From positions 50,893 through 114,892 of the forward strand of contig JAZKFF010000035.1 in NCBI GenBank assembly GCA_040386555.1: 64,000 nucleotides of DNA. Reading direction: 5' to 3'. The position numbers and the translations under genes were made by a program. The notes below the pieces were generated by a model. It was given only the letters and a program-made list of their open reading frames with translations. It did no database searches and was not told where the DNA came from. The stretch is from Bacteroidota bacterium. GTDB lineage: Bacteria; Bacteroidota; Bacteroidia; Chitinophagales; Chitinophagaceae. This document shows, piece after piece, positions 36,247-46,386 of the stretch (position 1 is its first letter; the number at the start of each line of letters is the position of its first letter).

Positions 36247-36305
36247 TATGAAACGTTTTGTTCGGATAAGGTTGTTTAATTTTAGCGGCTAAAATATCCC
36301 TTACC

Positions 36306-37679
36306 ATGCAAGACTTCCTGTCTTCGATAAATCCCGCTACGGGCCAGCAGATCAAAAAGTATCCTGTTGACGATCAGGCTAAAGTAGAAAAGGCACTGAA
36401 GCAGGCAGTTAAGACATTTGAAGAGTGGCGGAAACTGCCCTTTAGCAAGCGTGCCGTGGTGCTCAGGAACATAGCAAAAGAGATCAGGAAAGAGAAAAAC
36501 AACCTTGTGAAGCTTGCCGCGCTGGAGATGGGCAAGCCTTTGCAGCAAGGCCATTATGAAGTGGAAAAATGTGCAAAGACGCTGGAGTTCTATGCACGGG
36601 AGGGGGCTAAATTTCTTGCCGATGAGGTAGTGCACACCGATGCGCGTAAAAGCTATGTTTCCTTTCAGCCGCTGGGAGCGGTGCTGGCAATAATGCCGTG
36701 GAATTTTCCTTATTGGCAGGTGTTCCGGGCTATGGGGCCAACTGTGATGGCAGGCAATGTAATGGTATTAAAGCATGCCTCGAATGTAACAGGGTGTGCC
36801 CTGGCAATAGAGGACCTGATATTAAAGGCTGGAGCCCCCAAGGGCCTCTTGCAGACCCTGCTTTTGCCATCGGCAGAGGTGGGAAAACTTATTGATGACT
36901 CCCGCATAGCGGCTGTAACGCTTACGGGAAGCACGGCAGCAGGCAGCAAAGTGGCCGAGGCGGCAGGGCGCAACCTGAAGAAGGCTGTGCTGGAGCTGGG
37001 AGGAAGCGACCCGTATATAATACTGGCAGATGCAGACCTTGATGTAGCGGTAGAAATAGCCGTAAGGGGCAGGCTGGTGAACAGCGGGCAGAGCTGTATA
37101 GCTGCCAAACGGTTTGTAGTGGTTAAAGAAGTACGCAAGGAATTTGAGCGGCGGTTTACCGAGGAGATGAAAAAGGTAACCTATGGTGACCCCATGGATG
37201 AGCGCAACCGGATGGGCCCGATGGCGCGCATGGACCTGCGCGATCAGCTGCATGAGCAGGTAGTAAAAAGTATCGAAAAGGGAGCGAAGCTGCTTTGTGG
37301 CGGGGCTGTACCGGAAGGGGAGGGTGCCTTTTACCCCGCTACAGTGCTTACCAATGTAAAGAAGGGAATGCCGGCTTACGATGAGGAATTATTCGGGCCG
37401 GTGGCTGCAATAATAGAGGCTAAGAACGAAGCGGACGCCATAAGAATAGCTAATGACAGTGTCTATGGGCTGGGTGCGGGTATCATCTCGCGCGACAGGA
37501 AGAAGGCTGAGCTGCTGGCAAGGGAAGAAGTGCAGGCCGGTAACTGCTATGTGAACGACTTTGTACACTCAGATCCGCTGTTGCCGTTTGGCGGCATCAA
37601 GCAGAGCGGGTATGGCCGGGAGCTGAGCTCCTTCGGGATACGCGAGTTTGTGAACATAAAGTCTGTTTATATCAAATAA
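36306..37679 (+). CDS. NAD(P)-dependent succinate-semialdehyde dehydrogenase (aldehyde dehydrogenase family)
   Basis: IMPWNFP; LKHAS; TGSTAAG; LELGGSD; GQSCIA; EELFGP; FGGIKQSGYGRELS. Confidence 0.92.
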   Translation: MQDFLSSINPATGQQIKKYPVDDQAKVEKALKQAVKTFEEWRKLPFSKRAVVLRNIAKEIRKEKNNLVKLAALEMGKPLQQGHYEVEKCAKTLEFYAREGAKFLADEVVHTDARKSYVSFQPLGAVLAIMPWNFPYWQVFRAMGPTVMAGNVMVLKHASNVTGCALAIEDLILKAGAPKGLLQTLLLPSAEVGKLIDDSRIAAVTLTGSTAAGSKVAEAAGRNLKKAVLELGGSDPYIILADADLDVAVEIAVRGRLVNSGQSCIAAKRFVVVKEVRKEFERRFTEEMKKVTYGDPMDERNRMGPMARMDLRDQLHEQVVKSIEKGAKLLCGGAVPEGEGAFYPATVLTNVKKGMPAYDEELFGPVAAIIEAKNEADAIRIANDSVYGLGAGIISRDRKKAELLAREEVQAGNCYVNDFVHSDPLLPFGGIKQSGYGRELSSFGIREFVNIKSVYIK

Positions 37680-37686
37680 CACTACT

Positions 37687-38403
37687 GTGCATTGCAGATA
37701 TTCTAAACTGTTATCTATATTTATAGCCTTTGGCGCAATTCTTATATATTCCTGTAAAACGGAACAAGTAACTCACCAAAAAGCAAAAACCACTACAAAA
37801 ATGTATACCTATTTAGCGCTCGGCGATTCATACACCATAGGGGAGCAGGTGCCCCTGCACGATAACTTCCCATACCAGGCGGTGAAGCTGCTTAAAGACA
37901 TGAAAATTGAGGTGACCGAGCCGGTGATAGTAGCGAAGACAGGCTGGACGACCGATGAGTTGGATGAGGCGATAAGGGAGCACAACATCGATGAGAAATT
38001 CTCGATAGTAAGCCTGCTGATAGGAGTGAACAACCAGTATAGGGGTAAGAGTGTAGACGAGTATAAAACAGATTTCCAGCAGCTGGTGATGGAAGCAATA
38101 GCGTTTGCTGACGGCAAGGCAGATCGCGTATTTGTGCTGTCGATACCCGACTGGGGCGTAACGCCTTTTGCGGAAGGAAGGGACAGGAGCCAGGTAGCAA
38201 AGGACATTGACGCCTACAACGCAGCCAATAAAGAAATAGCCGCAGCTAATAAGTGCAACTATATAGAGATAACCGGCAGCACGCGCGACAATGGCACGGT
38301 GAAGGACTACCTGGCAGATGATGGCCTGCACCCATCATCAAAGGAATATACAATATGGGCGCAGAAGCTGGCAAACGCAGTTGCCACCACCTTAAAAAAC
38401 TAA
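37687..38403 (+). CDS. SGNH/GDSL hydrolase
   Basis: YLALGDSYT; GWTT; IGVNNQYRG; DDGLHPS; start uncertain (37687 with a lipobox, or 37801). Confidence 0.9.
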   Translation: MHCRYSKLLSIFIAFGAILIYSCKTEQVTHQKAKTTTKMYTYLALGDSYTIGEQVPLHDNFPYQAVKLLKDMKIEVTEPVIVAKTGWTTDELDEAIREHNIDEKFSIVSLLIGVNNQYRGKSVDEYKTDFQQLVMEAIAFADGKADRVFVLSIPDWGVTPFAEGRDRSQVAKDIDAYNAANKEIAAANKCNYIEITGSTRDNGTVKDYLADDGLHPSSKEYTIWAQKLANAVATTLKN

Positions 38404-38404
38404 A

Positions 38405-38737
38405 ATGGACCTGGATAAACTGCGTGAGCTATGCATGTCGTTTCCCGGTGCTACGGAAGGCATAAAGTGGGAAGACCACATTTGCTTTATGGTAGCCGAG
38501 AAAATGTTCTGCGTAACCGGGGAGCAGGGCGGTGCTAACCTTAAGGTGACCCCCGAAGAATTTGAGGAGCTTACGCAGCGTGACGGCATAGTGCCTGCGG
38601 CCTATATGGCGCGAAATATGTGGGTAAGTATACAGAAGTGGAACGCCCTGAAGCCTAAAGAATGGGAGCATTATGTGCGCCAGTCGTATGAGCTCATCCG
38701 GTCTAAGCTGCCAAAGAAAGTGCAGCACTCACTATAA
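38405..38737 (+). CDS. MmcQ/YjbR family protein
   Basis: LCMSFPGATEGIKWEDHICFMVAEKMF...PAAYMARNMWV...VRQSYELI. Confidence 0.88.
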   Translation: MDLDKLRELCMSFPGATEGIKWEDHICFMVAEKMFCVTGEQGGANLKVTPEEFEELTQRDGIVPAAYMARNMWVSIQKWNALKPKEWEHYVRQSYELIRSKLPKKVQHSL

Positions 38738-38933
38738 CACTCAGGATATAACATTGCCTATTTGCCCTTCGTAACCGTGGGGCATTTTCATTTATTGTTT
38801 TCAGCTAATAGAAAGCCTAGGTTCTGCAGGCTTGGACCACTTGTTGGCCCAGGGTTAAGGAATATCTGCTCCATGAACCACAATGCTATTTTAAGAGAAA
38901 AGAAATAATGTTATATTTGGCCAAATATTGTTT

Positions 38934-40262
38934 ATGAAGAGAAGCTTATCCTTAGTCATTCTTGCACTTATACTTACCCTATCGGCGAATGCACAGCTAC
39001 AGAAGATCAATACGTTTGCAGGCACCGGCACAGCAGGTTATAATGGCGATGGCGGCGCAGCTACGGGCAAGCAGCTTAACGGCCCTTATTCGGTAGCAGT
39101 TGATGCAGCAGGAAATGTGTACGTAGTAGACTTTTTCAGCCTCCGCGTTCGCAAAGTTGCCACAAACGGGGTTATCACTACTGTGGCCGGCACAGGCTCG
39201 CTTGGGTATACCGGCGATGGCTCTATAGCCACCAGCGCTAACCTGCATCCACACGCAGTTACTGTAGATAAAACGGGGAATATATACATTGTAGACGGGA
39301 CCTATGGCGTGGTACGTAAAGTGACTCCGCTTGGGTTCATCACTACAATAGCGGGCAACGGTATCAATGGCTATACGGGCGACAATGGCCCCGCACTGGG
39401 CGCGATGCTCAACAGGCCGCATGGTATCACTATCGACAGCAAAGGCCGTATCATTATTGCTGATGCAGCAAATGAAATGGTGCGCAGGATAGATGCGGCG
39501 GGCGTGATCACTAAGATAGCAGGCTCTGGTATTAAAGGTTATTCAGGCGATGGCGCCTTAGCAGTCAGCGCGCAGCTCGACTCTCCATTTGCCGTTACCA
39601 CAGACAGGAAGGGTAGTATCTACGTAGCAGATATGCTCAACCATGCGGTACGCAAGATCGACACATTTGGTATCATCACCACTTATGCCGGCACAGGCGT
39701 AGCCGGCTACACAGGCGATAATGGCGCTGCCGCGCTGGCTACGCTGGATGGGCCTGCGGGACTTACAACAGATAGCATTGGCAACCTCTACATCGCTGAT
39801 GCGAACAATAATGTGATCAGGAAAGTAGATACGTTTGGCGTTATCACTACAGCTGTAGGCAATGGCACACCGGGCTTCGGCGGCGACCTTGGCTATGTGA
39901 ATGGTGCTAACCTGCGCCAACCTTACGATGTGGCCATAGATGCGGCGGGCAGCCTGTACATAGCAGATGCCAGCAACCACCGTATACGCAAAACTTATGC
40001 TACGGTAGGTATAACAGCAACTACAGGTGCTGGCATTGAAGTCTATCCTAATCCGGCGGGCCCGTCGGTGTACATCTCTGGTACAGCTGCAGGCGACCAT
40101 ATAGCGTTATTTAACCTGGTAGGCCAGCAGGTATCATCAGCTGCGGCAGGAAATAGTGAGGTAGAATTGTCTGTTAAGCAACTGCCTGCGGGCATGTACC
40201 TCCTACAGGTTACCGATGCTGCAAATAACATCAAAACGATTACCAAGCTGGTAAAAGAATAA
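38934..40262 (+). CDS. NHL-repeat beta-propeller protein with a T9SS sorting domain
   Basis: Six GTAGYNGDGGAAT..QLNGP..VAVD..GN.Y.AD repeats; EVYPNP...LPAGMYLLQV...KLVKE. Confidence 0.9.
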   Translation: MKRSLSLVILALILTLSANAQLQKINTFAGTGTAGYNGDGGAATGKQLNGPYSVAVDAAGNVYVVDFFSLRVRKVATNGVITTVAGTGSLGYTGDGSIATSANLHPHAVTVDKTGNIYIVDGTYGVVRKVTPLGFITTIAGNGINGYTGDNGPALGAMLNRPHGITIDSKGRIIIADAANEMVRRIDAAGVITKIAGSGIKGYSGDGALAVSAQLDSPFAVTTDRKGSIYVADMLNHAVRKIDTFGIITTYAGTGVAGYTGDNGAAALATLDGPAGLTTDSIGNLYIADANNNVIRKVDTFGVITTAVGNGTPGFGGDLGYVNGANLRQPYDVAIDAAGSLYIADASNHRIRKTYATVGITATTGAGIEVYPNPAGPSVYISGTAAGDHIALFNLVGQQVSSAAAGNSEVELSVKQLPAGMYLLQVTDAANNIKTITKLVKE

Positions 40263-40268
40263 TAGAGA

Positions 40269-40314
40269 ATAAGGCATAAAAAAAGCGGCGATAGCCGCTT
40301 TTTTTATGCCTTAT
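40269..40314. terminator. Bidirectional terminator
   Basis: ATAAGGCATAAAAAAAGCGGC-gata-GCCGCTTTTTTTATGCCTTAT. Confidence 0.85.
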
Positions 40315-40327
40315 AAAATACCGGGAA

Positions 40328-40756
40328 TTAGCCTATTGATACCAGCTCAATGTCGAACACAAGGTCCTGGCCGGCAAGGGGGTGGTTAGCATCGAGCACC
40401 ACCGTATCGCCCTGCACCTCGGTGATAACAACCGGGAACACGTTACCTGCGTTGTCGCCCATTTGCAGCTCCATACCTACTTCAGGCTTCATATCTGCAG
40501 GAAACTCGGTTATCGGGTACTCCATCACCATATCATCATTGCGCTCACCGTAAGCGTCTGCAACAGTTATATTCACCGTTTTTTTGTCGCCTACGTTCAT
40601 GTTGATAACGGCATCATCGAAGCCCTTAATGACCTGGCCGTTACCCGCTATAAACTGAAGCGGCTCGCGTCCTTCAGAGCTATCAAATGTTGAGCCATCT
40701 GTTAACCTGCCATGGTAGTGAACGTTAACGGCGTCGCCCTTTTTTACTTGTTGCAT
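40328..40756 (-). CDS. FKBP-type peptidyl-prolyl isomerase (short SlyD/SlpA type)
   Basis: VNVHYHGRLTDGSTFDSS..REPLQF..G.GQVIKGFD; DANHPLAGQDLVFDIEL. Confidence 0.93.
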   Translation of the reverse strand: MQQVKKGDAVNVHYHGRLTDGSTFDSSEGREPLQFIAGNGQVIKGFDDAVINMNVGDKKTVNITVADAYGERNDDMVMEYPITEFPADMKPEVGMELQMGDNAGNVFPVVITEVQGDTVVLDANHPLAGQDLVFDIELVSIG

Positions 40757-40837
40757 GAATGTAATTTTTTGAATTAAAAGAGGGCAAAGTTACGGGAATA
40801 TCATATATGCAGCGCTATCTTTGAAAAAACGGAAAGC

Positions 40838-42058
40838 ATGCGGATAGCGGTTACAGGCCTGGCTTTGATTTTTATGTTGCTTAGTGGCATGGCTTCGTTT
40901 GCGCAGCCTTTTTTTGACAGCGATGTGCAACCGGCTGATGCAAAGCCCGAAAAATATATAGCATTACTTGAGGGTAAGCGCGTGGCATTGATCATCAACC
41001 ATACTTCCGTTATAGGCAATGAATCACTGCTCGACTTGCTGCTGGCGAGGAAGATCGCTGTCAGGAAAATATTTGTGCCGGAGCACGGCTTCAGGGGCAA
41101 CGAAGATGCCGGTGCCAAAATAGACAACGCAATTGATAAGGCTACTGGGTTGCCTGTGATCTCGCTCTATGGCAAGCACAAGAAGCCAACACCTGAAGAT
41201 ATGGCCGATATAGATGTGGTAGTGTATGATCTGCAGGATGTGGGTGTGCGCTTTTATACCTACATCTCCACGCTGGAATACTGTATGGAAGCGTGCGCAC
41301 AAAATCACAAGCAGCTGATGGTGCTGGACCGCCCCAACCCTAATGGCTTTTATGTGGACGGCCCGGTGCTGAAGGAAGACAACAAGTCGTTTGTAGGCAT
41401 GCAGCAGATACCCATAGTATATGGCATGACAGCGGGCGAATATGCGAAAATGCTGAAGGGCGAAGGTTGGTTTGACAATGCATCGCAGCTTGATCTTAAA
41501 GTGATACTCTGCATCAATTACACCCACGCAAAGCGGTACAAGCTGCCGGTGCCACCATCTCCCAACCTGCGAACCATGGCTGCTATTTATGCATATCCCT
41601 CGCTTTGTCTTTTTGAGGGTACGCCCGTGAGCGTAGGCAGGGGCACTGATATGCCGTTCCAGCAATACGGGTGCCCCGAGTTTGAGGGGAAGTACACCTA
41701 TAGTTTTACCCCGCGCAGTGTGAGTGGCGCTAAAAATCCGCCGCACGAGAACAAGCTGTGTTATGGCGAGCTGATCGGCAAAACAGAAGAGGAAGTACTG
41801 CGCCAGACACAGGGAAAGTTCCGGCTGCATTGGCTGATAAAAGCGTATGGTGCTTACCCGGACAAAGACAAATTTTTCAATGGCTTCTTTGTGAAATTGT
41901 ATGGGCAGAAGGGCCTGGCAAAAGCGATAGCCGGCGACTGCAATAATCCCGAAGAAGCAGAAGATCAAGTGCGCAGAACATGGAAGAAAGACCTGGCATC
42001 TTTCAGGAAAATAAGGAAGCGCTATTTGCTGTATCCGGATGCGCCCGAATATAATTAA
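40838..42058 (+). CDS. NamZ/DUF1343 family exo-beta-N-acetylmuramidase
   Basis: IINHTS; FVPEHGFRG; SLYG; YDLQDVGVRFYTY; LDRPNP; PSPNL. Confidence 0.9.
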   Translation: MRIAVTGLALIFMLLSGMASFAQPFFDSDVQPADAKPEKYIALLEGKRVALIINHTSVIGNESLLDLLLARKIAVRKIFVPEHGFRGNEDAGAKIDNAIDKATGLPVISLYGKHKKPTPEDMADIDVVVYDLQDVGVRFYTYISTLEYCMEACAQNHKQLMVLDRPNPNGFYVDGPVLKEDNKSFVGMQQIPIVYGMTAGEYAKMLKGEGWFDNASQLDLKVILCINYTHAKRYKLPVPPSPNLRTMAAIYAYPSLCLFEGTPVSVGRGTDMPFQQYGCPEFEGKYTYSFTPRSVSGAKNPPHENKLCYGELIGKTEEEVLRQTQGKFRLHWLIKAYGAYPDKDKFFNGFFVKLYGQKGLAKAIAGDCNNPEEAEDQVRRTWKKDLASFRKIRKRYLLYPDAPEYN

Positions 42059-42248
42059 TGAAAATATTAACTATTGATTGAAAGGGTTTATCCGTAATTT
42101 TGCACTTGAAAATCGCCGTATTGCCCTATTGTCGAGGGTTTTGAAGGAAATGTAATTCTTTTATAGAAAAAATTATAATTACTTGGCCGTTTTCTTTGAA
42201 AAAATTCTAATTTAGTAGTTCAACTCAAACAATAAAAAACAGACGGAT

Positions 42249-42650
42249 ATGAAAAAACTGATCACAACTTGTGCGCTGCTTACTACAGTTTCAGTAGTGT
42301 CATTTGCACAGTCGAAACAAACATCTCATACAATGAGCATGGAGGCACAGACAGCGGCAAGCGCTACACCTGCAAATGCTACGCCGGTTGCAAGCAAGTC
42401 ATCTCAAATGACTGCTGAAAGGAAGGCGAAAATGCTGCAGAAGCAATATGGTCTTAACCCGGCGCAGTACAAGGGTGTATACCAGGCTGAGCTGGAATAT
42501 GCCGTGCAGGACGAGCAAATACGCCAAAGCGGTAACGAGCCAGGATCGGGCCAGGCAATGCAGATGGGTATGGGCAGGGATATGAAGATCAAAGCTGCAA
42601 TGACCCCGGAGCAATACACTAAATACGAAACAGCTTCTAAGAAGAACTAA
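42249..42650 (+). CDS. Hypothetical secreted protein
   Basis: Signal peptide; KMLQKQYGLNPAQY...MTPEQYTKY helical pattern; terminator hairpin at 42673-42703. Confidence 0.7.
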   Translation: MKKLITTCALLTTVSVVSFAQSKQTSHTMSMEAQTAASATPANATPVASKSSQMTAERKAKMLQKQYGLNPAQYKGVYQAELEYAVQDEQIRQSGNEPGSGQAMQMGMGRDMKIKAAMTPEQYTKYETASKKN

Positions 42651-42715
42651 GATAAGCTACTGAAGAATAATTGATACTGCCCCGCACGTTGCGGGGCAGT
42701 ATCGTTTTTATGACA

Positions 42716-43750
42716 TTATGCACCACGGAAGTTGAGGTCTGCGATCACTGCCGCCGGCAGCTGGGGCAGCAGGTTTCGCGGCAGCAGGAATGAGGTAAGC
42801 TCAGCCAATTCTTTAAAAACGTAATGGCTGTCGGCCGCACCACGCAGGTACTCCGCACCAGTGCTGCCGCCCGTGCCCACCCGCTTGCCTATAGTGCGCT
42901 GCACCATGTGAATATGCCTGTGGCGCCACATAGACAGGTTCTCATCTATCTCCAGCAGGGTATTGAGCAGCTCATAAGGCAGCTGCAGCAGCGGATGATC
43001 CCTGTATAGCATTATAAACAGCGCATTGCGGCTGGCATCGGCGCTAAAGGCCCTGCCCTGGGGGTAGTCTGCATCGTTGATGAACATGGAGTCAAAAACG
43101 CTCACATTCGCCTGTTCTGTTTCGGAAAGGCTCTCTAAATATGCTTCTTTATATTTGTTCCAGAAGCTGCCATCGCTGTCTGTCCAGTAGGCTTTATTCT
43201 TCACGAAAGGCATGCGTTCCAGCCATTGGTTTATGAGTACCCGCAGTGACTGTTTTGACTCTGCATCCTTTACCTTTTCTACATCGCCGGGAGTAAGCTG
43301 CGACAGGTAGTAGGCCTTACCGTGGCGGTGCTCATAATTGAGCCCCAGCGTAGCCTCTATTATCTTGAACTGTATGCTTTGAAAGCCGGAGGCGGGGCGC
43401 AGCAGGTCGCGGAAGTCGAGGAAATCGAGCGGTGTCATTGTTTCCAGCACGCCCATTTGCATCACTGCTATCTCCAGTATGCCGCATATGCGCTTCAGGC
43501 GGTGTACGCTGTTATAGATATCGGGGGTGTTGTTTTGTATGTTGGGCTGCAGGAAGATTTCCCTAACTATGTTCAGCTCATGCAGTATCTGCTTGAACCA
43601 AAGCTCATAGGTCTGGTGAATAATGATGAACAGCATTTCGTCATCTGCGCGAATGCCTTCTTTTTCACTTTCAGGTTGCTGTGCGTCGAGTATTTTATCC
43701 AGTTGCAGGTATTGGCTGTAGTATACCGGTTTGCGTTCCTTTTTTTCCAT
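42716..43750 (-). CDS. kynA: Tryptophan 2,3-dioxygenase
   Basis: YSQYLQLDKIL..Q; EMLFIIIHQTYELWFKQ; ETMTPLDF..FR; SGFQSIQF; GTGGSTG..YL. Confidence 0.93.
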   Translation of the reverse strand: MEKKERKPVYYSQYLQLDKILDAQQPESEKEGIRADDEMLFIIIHQTYELWFKQILHELNIVREIFLQPNIQNNTPDIYNSVHRLKRICGILEIAVMQMGVLETMTPLDFLDFRDLLRPASGFQSIQFKIIEATLGLNYEHRHGKAYYLSQLTPGDVEKVKDAESKQSLRVLINQWLERMPFVKNKAYWTDSDGSFWNKYKEAYLESLSETEQANVSVFDSMFINDADYPQGRAFSADASRNALFIMLYRDHPLLQLPYELLNTLLEIDENLSMWRHRHIHMVQRTIGKRVGTGGSTGAEYLRGAADSHYVFKELAELTSFLLPRNLLPQLPAAVIADLNFRGA

Positions 43751-43862
43751 GGCGGAAAATTACGCATTGTTACCGCAAGTGGAAAATATTAGCCAATGAT
43801 ATTGGTAAGAATGAAAATAGCCGGCTTTGCGGCCGGCTATTACAAACGAATTGGAAACAGTG

Positions 43863-44711
43863 TTAGTTGCCCGGTTTTTCAAGTAGCTTGAAGAATTGGT
43901 CGAGCTGCGGCAGGATAACAATACGTGTGCGCCTGTTGGCAGCCTTGCCATCGCTGCTGCCGTTATCTGCTACAGGCTTGTATTCGCCCTTGCCAGCTGC
44001 CGTCATACGTGCAGGAGGCACATGGTATTTGTTCTGCAGTATCCGTACAACAGATGTGGCGCGCTTCACGCTCAGGTCCCAGTTGTCCTCAATGGCGTTG
44101 CCTTTAAAGGCAACATTGTCGGTATGGCCTTCTACCATGAATTCTATATCGGGCTGTGCGGTGATAACTGCTGCCACCTTGCCCAGTACACCCATCGCTT
44201 TGTCATTTACATCGTAGCTGCCGCTCTTGAAAAGCAGTTTGTCAGAAATGTCTACGTACACAACTCCCTTATCTACCTTGATGTTGATATCGTTGTCAGC
44301 CATGTTGCCAACAGCGCTTTTGAGGTTTACCACCAGCGCCATATTGAGTGAATCTTTGCGGTTGATGGCTGATTGCAGGTCTTTGATATAAGCGTCCTTT
44401 ACACCAATATTGTCGAGCGATTTCTTGATGCTTTCTGCCTGGGCGCCTGATATTACCGAAAGATCTTTTAAATGGCCCAATACCTGGCTGCTGTTTGTCT
44501 TAGCGTCCGTAAGCTGATCCTCCAGCGACTTTATTCGATTCTTATCGGCATTGCGGCCTTCTTTGCAAACTGCGTTTTCCAGCATCAGCTCTTTATACAG
44601 GCTATCGAGCTTAGTATAGCTATCTGAGCACTTTTTCAATTTTTTACTTGCCGAGCACGATGCCAGGGTGGCGATTACAACTGCGGCAATAGATAACTGT
44701 TTTAATATCAT
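43863..44711 (-). CDS. OmpA/MotB-family lipoprotein with a coiled-coil N-terminus
   Basis: LASC lipobox; KLLFKSGSY; VEGHTDN; NWDLSVKRA; NRRTRIVI. Confidence 0.9.
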   Translation of the reverse strand: MILKQLSIAAVVIATLASCSASKKLKKCSDSYTKLDSLYKELMLENAVCKEGRNADKNRIKSLEDQLTDAKTNSSQVLGHLKDLSVISGAQAESIKKSLDNIGVKDAYIKDLQSAINRKDSLNMALVVNLKSAVGNMADNDINIKVDKGVVYVDISDKLLFKSGSYDVNDKAMGVLGKVAAVITAQPDIEFMVEGHTDNVAFKGNAIEDNWDLSVKRATSVVRILQNKYHVPPARMTAAGKGEYKPVADNGSSDGKAANRRTRIVILPQLDQFFKLLEKPGN

Positions 44712-44819
44712 AAACAATGTTTCAATTTGGGAGCGCAAAACTACGTATTAATGGAGCAGAGAACGTAGTGCCATACAATTATATTGCGGCGTCGAAAGAT
44801 TTTTGCATTTCTTTAGCAC

Positions 44820-45806
44820 TTATACAACGCCCCTTATCACTGCGAGGGATACTGAGCCTATAAGTATCCACAGTAACACACCCTGCAAGATGGGCCTCCA
44901 ACCTACCGTTTTCAGTGTTTTTAAGGAGAGTCCTGAGCCGATAAGAAACAGCGTGATGACAAGCCCCTTCCGGCCTATAAGGTAGAGATACTCAAATAGA
45001 GTAGCGCCACCGATCTTGTTATTGAGCGCCGGCACATATCGCGGCAGGTAGGTGGCAATGAGTATCGCGATAATGAAGTAAAAGATGAAATAGGGTATCT
45101 TTATTTTTCCCCTTTCTTTCTGGAAATAAGCTGTACCAAGCGCAAGGGGGATGATCCACAGTGCGCGCTCCAGCTTTATGGTTGTAGCTATTGGCAGTGC
45201 TTCATGGCCCAGGCTATCGGTATAGGCCGAGGCTGCGCCCACTACAGAGCTGGTATCGTGGATGGCAATAGCACACCAGGTGCCAAACTGCTCTGCCGAC
45301 ATGGCGAGGTAGTGCCCGATAGGTGGAAAGATGATCAGCGCAATGGAATTGAGGATGAACACGGTGCCCAGCGACACGCTGATCTGCTCATTCGTAGCTT
45401 TTATTATAGGCGATATAGCAGCTATAGCACTGCCGCCGCAGATGGCTGTGCCATTCGATATCAGCAGCGAGGTGTTTTTATCTATTTTAAGCTTCTTACC
45501 TATGAAGTAGCCCGCCACCAGGGTAACGGCAATAGTGCAGACAGTGAAAAGAAAGCCTTCTTTCCCGGCTTTAAGGGCATGCTCAAAATCCATTTTGAAG
45601 CCGAGGCATACAACCGATACCTGTAGCAGCAGGGTAGTGGCTTTTTTATTCAGGTGTATGAAGGGGTGGCCGATGACAAGGGCTATTACCAACCCGGCCA
45701 GCAGCGCTATGGGCGGATCGACCTTGAAAACTATAAATGCCACCAGGCACGTTATGAAAATAACTTGCCTGTAAATGTTTGGCAGGTTGAGCAATGTTGT
45801 GTTCAT
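44820..45806 (-). CDS. YeiH/putative sulfate exporter family membrane protein
   Basis: GTAICGGSAIAA; IHDTSSVVGA; IKLERALW. Confidence 0.9.
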   Translation of the reverse strand: MNTTLLNLPNIYRQVIFITCLVAFIVFKVDPPIALLAGLVIALVIGHPFIHLNKKATTLLLQVSVVCLGFKMDFEHALKAGKEGFLFTVCTIAVTLVAGYFIGKKLKIDKNTSLLISNGTAICGGSAIAAISPIIKATNEQISVSLGTVFILNSIALIIFPPIGHYLAMSAEQFGTWCAIAIHDTSSVVGAASAYTDSLGHEALPIATTIKLERALWIIPLALGTAYFQKERGKIKIPYFIFYFIIAILIATYLPRYVPALNNKIGGATLFEYLYLIGRKGLVITLFLIGSGLSLKTLKTVGWRPILQGVLLWILIGSVSLAVIRGVV

Positions 45807-45860
45807 TAATGGATATTTGCACGATATTTATAAATAAATACCAGGGCCAAAGATAATATT

Positions 45861-46382
45861 ATGAAAAGCAATTTTCTGCCGTCTGTAAGCATTACTCACA
45901 TAAAAGATGCACAGGTAGCCGGGAATGAAGATTACTTCTACGATCTGCTGGTGCAGCCGCTGCACGAGGAGCTCTACCGGCGACAAACATTTGACTTTCT
46001 TGATGAGCTGTCAGATGGACAGCAGTTGATGCTTACCTACGACTATTTGCGCACCCAGGTGCTGCAGGGGGGCTTCATCCAGTTCATACACAATGGTTAT
46101 ATAGGGCTGCTGCCATCAATGATAGAGCAGTTCATGGCCATTGGTGAAACCGAAATGTCGCAGGTGCTTGATGATGTACTTAAGGTGTTTGTGCTGAACA
46201 GGGACCTGCTAAGCAAGGCTACAACGGTGCAGGAGTTTGCGCTGCTATACGATGAGCTAAAGGAATTTGAGGGAATTGATGAGCGATTTTATAAGCTAAA
46301 TAAACAAGCTATCACTCATATGCTGGGCTATGCTTCGGCGCATCTCGATGAATTTGTCATCACAGGGCCTCCGCTTTCTTAA
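45861..46382 (+). CDS. DUF4375/DMP19-like acidic protein
   Basis: LSDGQQLMLTYDYLRTQVLQGGFIQFIHNG. Confidence 0.75.
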   Translation: MKSNFLPSVSITHIKDAQVAGNEDYFYDLLVQPLHEELYRRQTFDFLDELSDGQQLMLTYDYLRTQVLQGGFIQFIHNGYIGLLPSMIEQFMAIGETEMSQVLDDVLKVFVLNRDLLSKATTVQEFALLYDELKEFEGIDERFYKLNKQAITHMLGYASAHLDEFVITGPPLS

Positions 46383-46386
46383 TGCA

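Noticed and set aside
41024-41968. 314-aa antisense ORF over the NamZ gene
   Set aside because: Shadow frame with no motifs.
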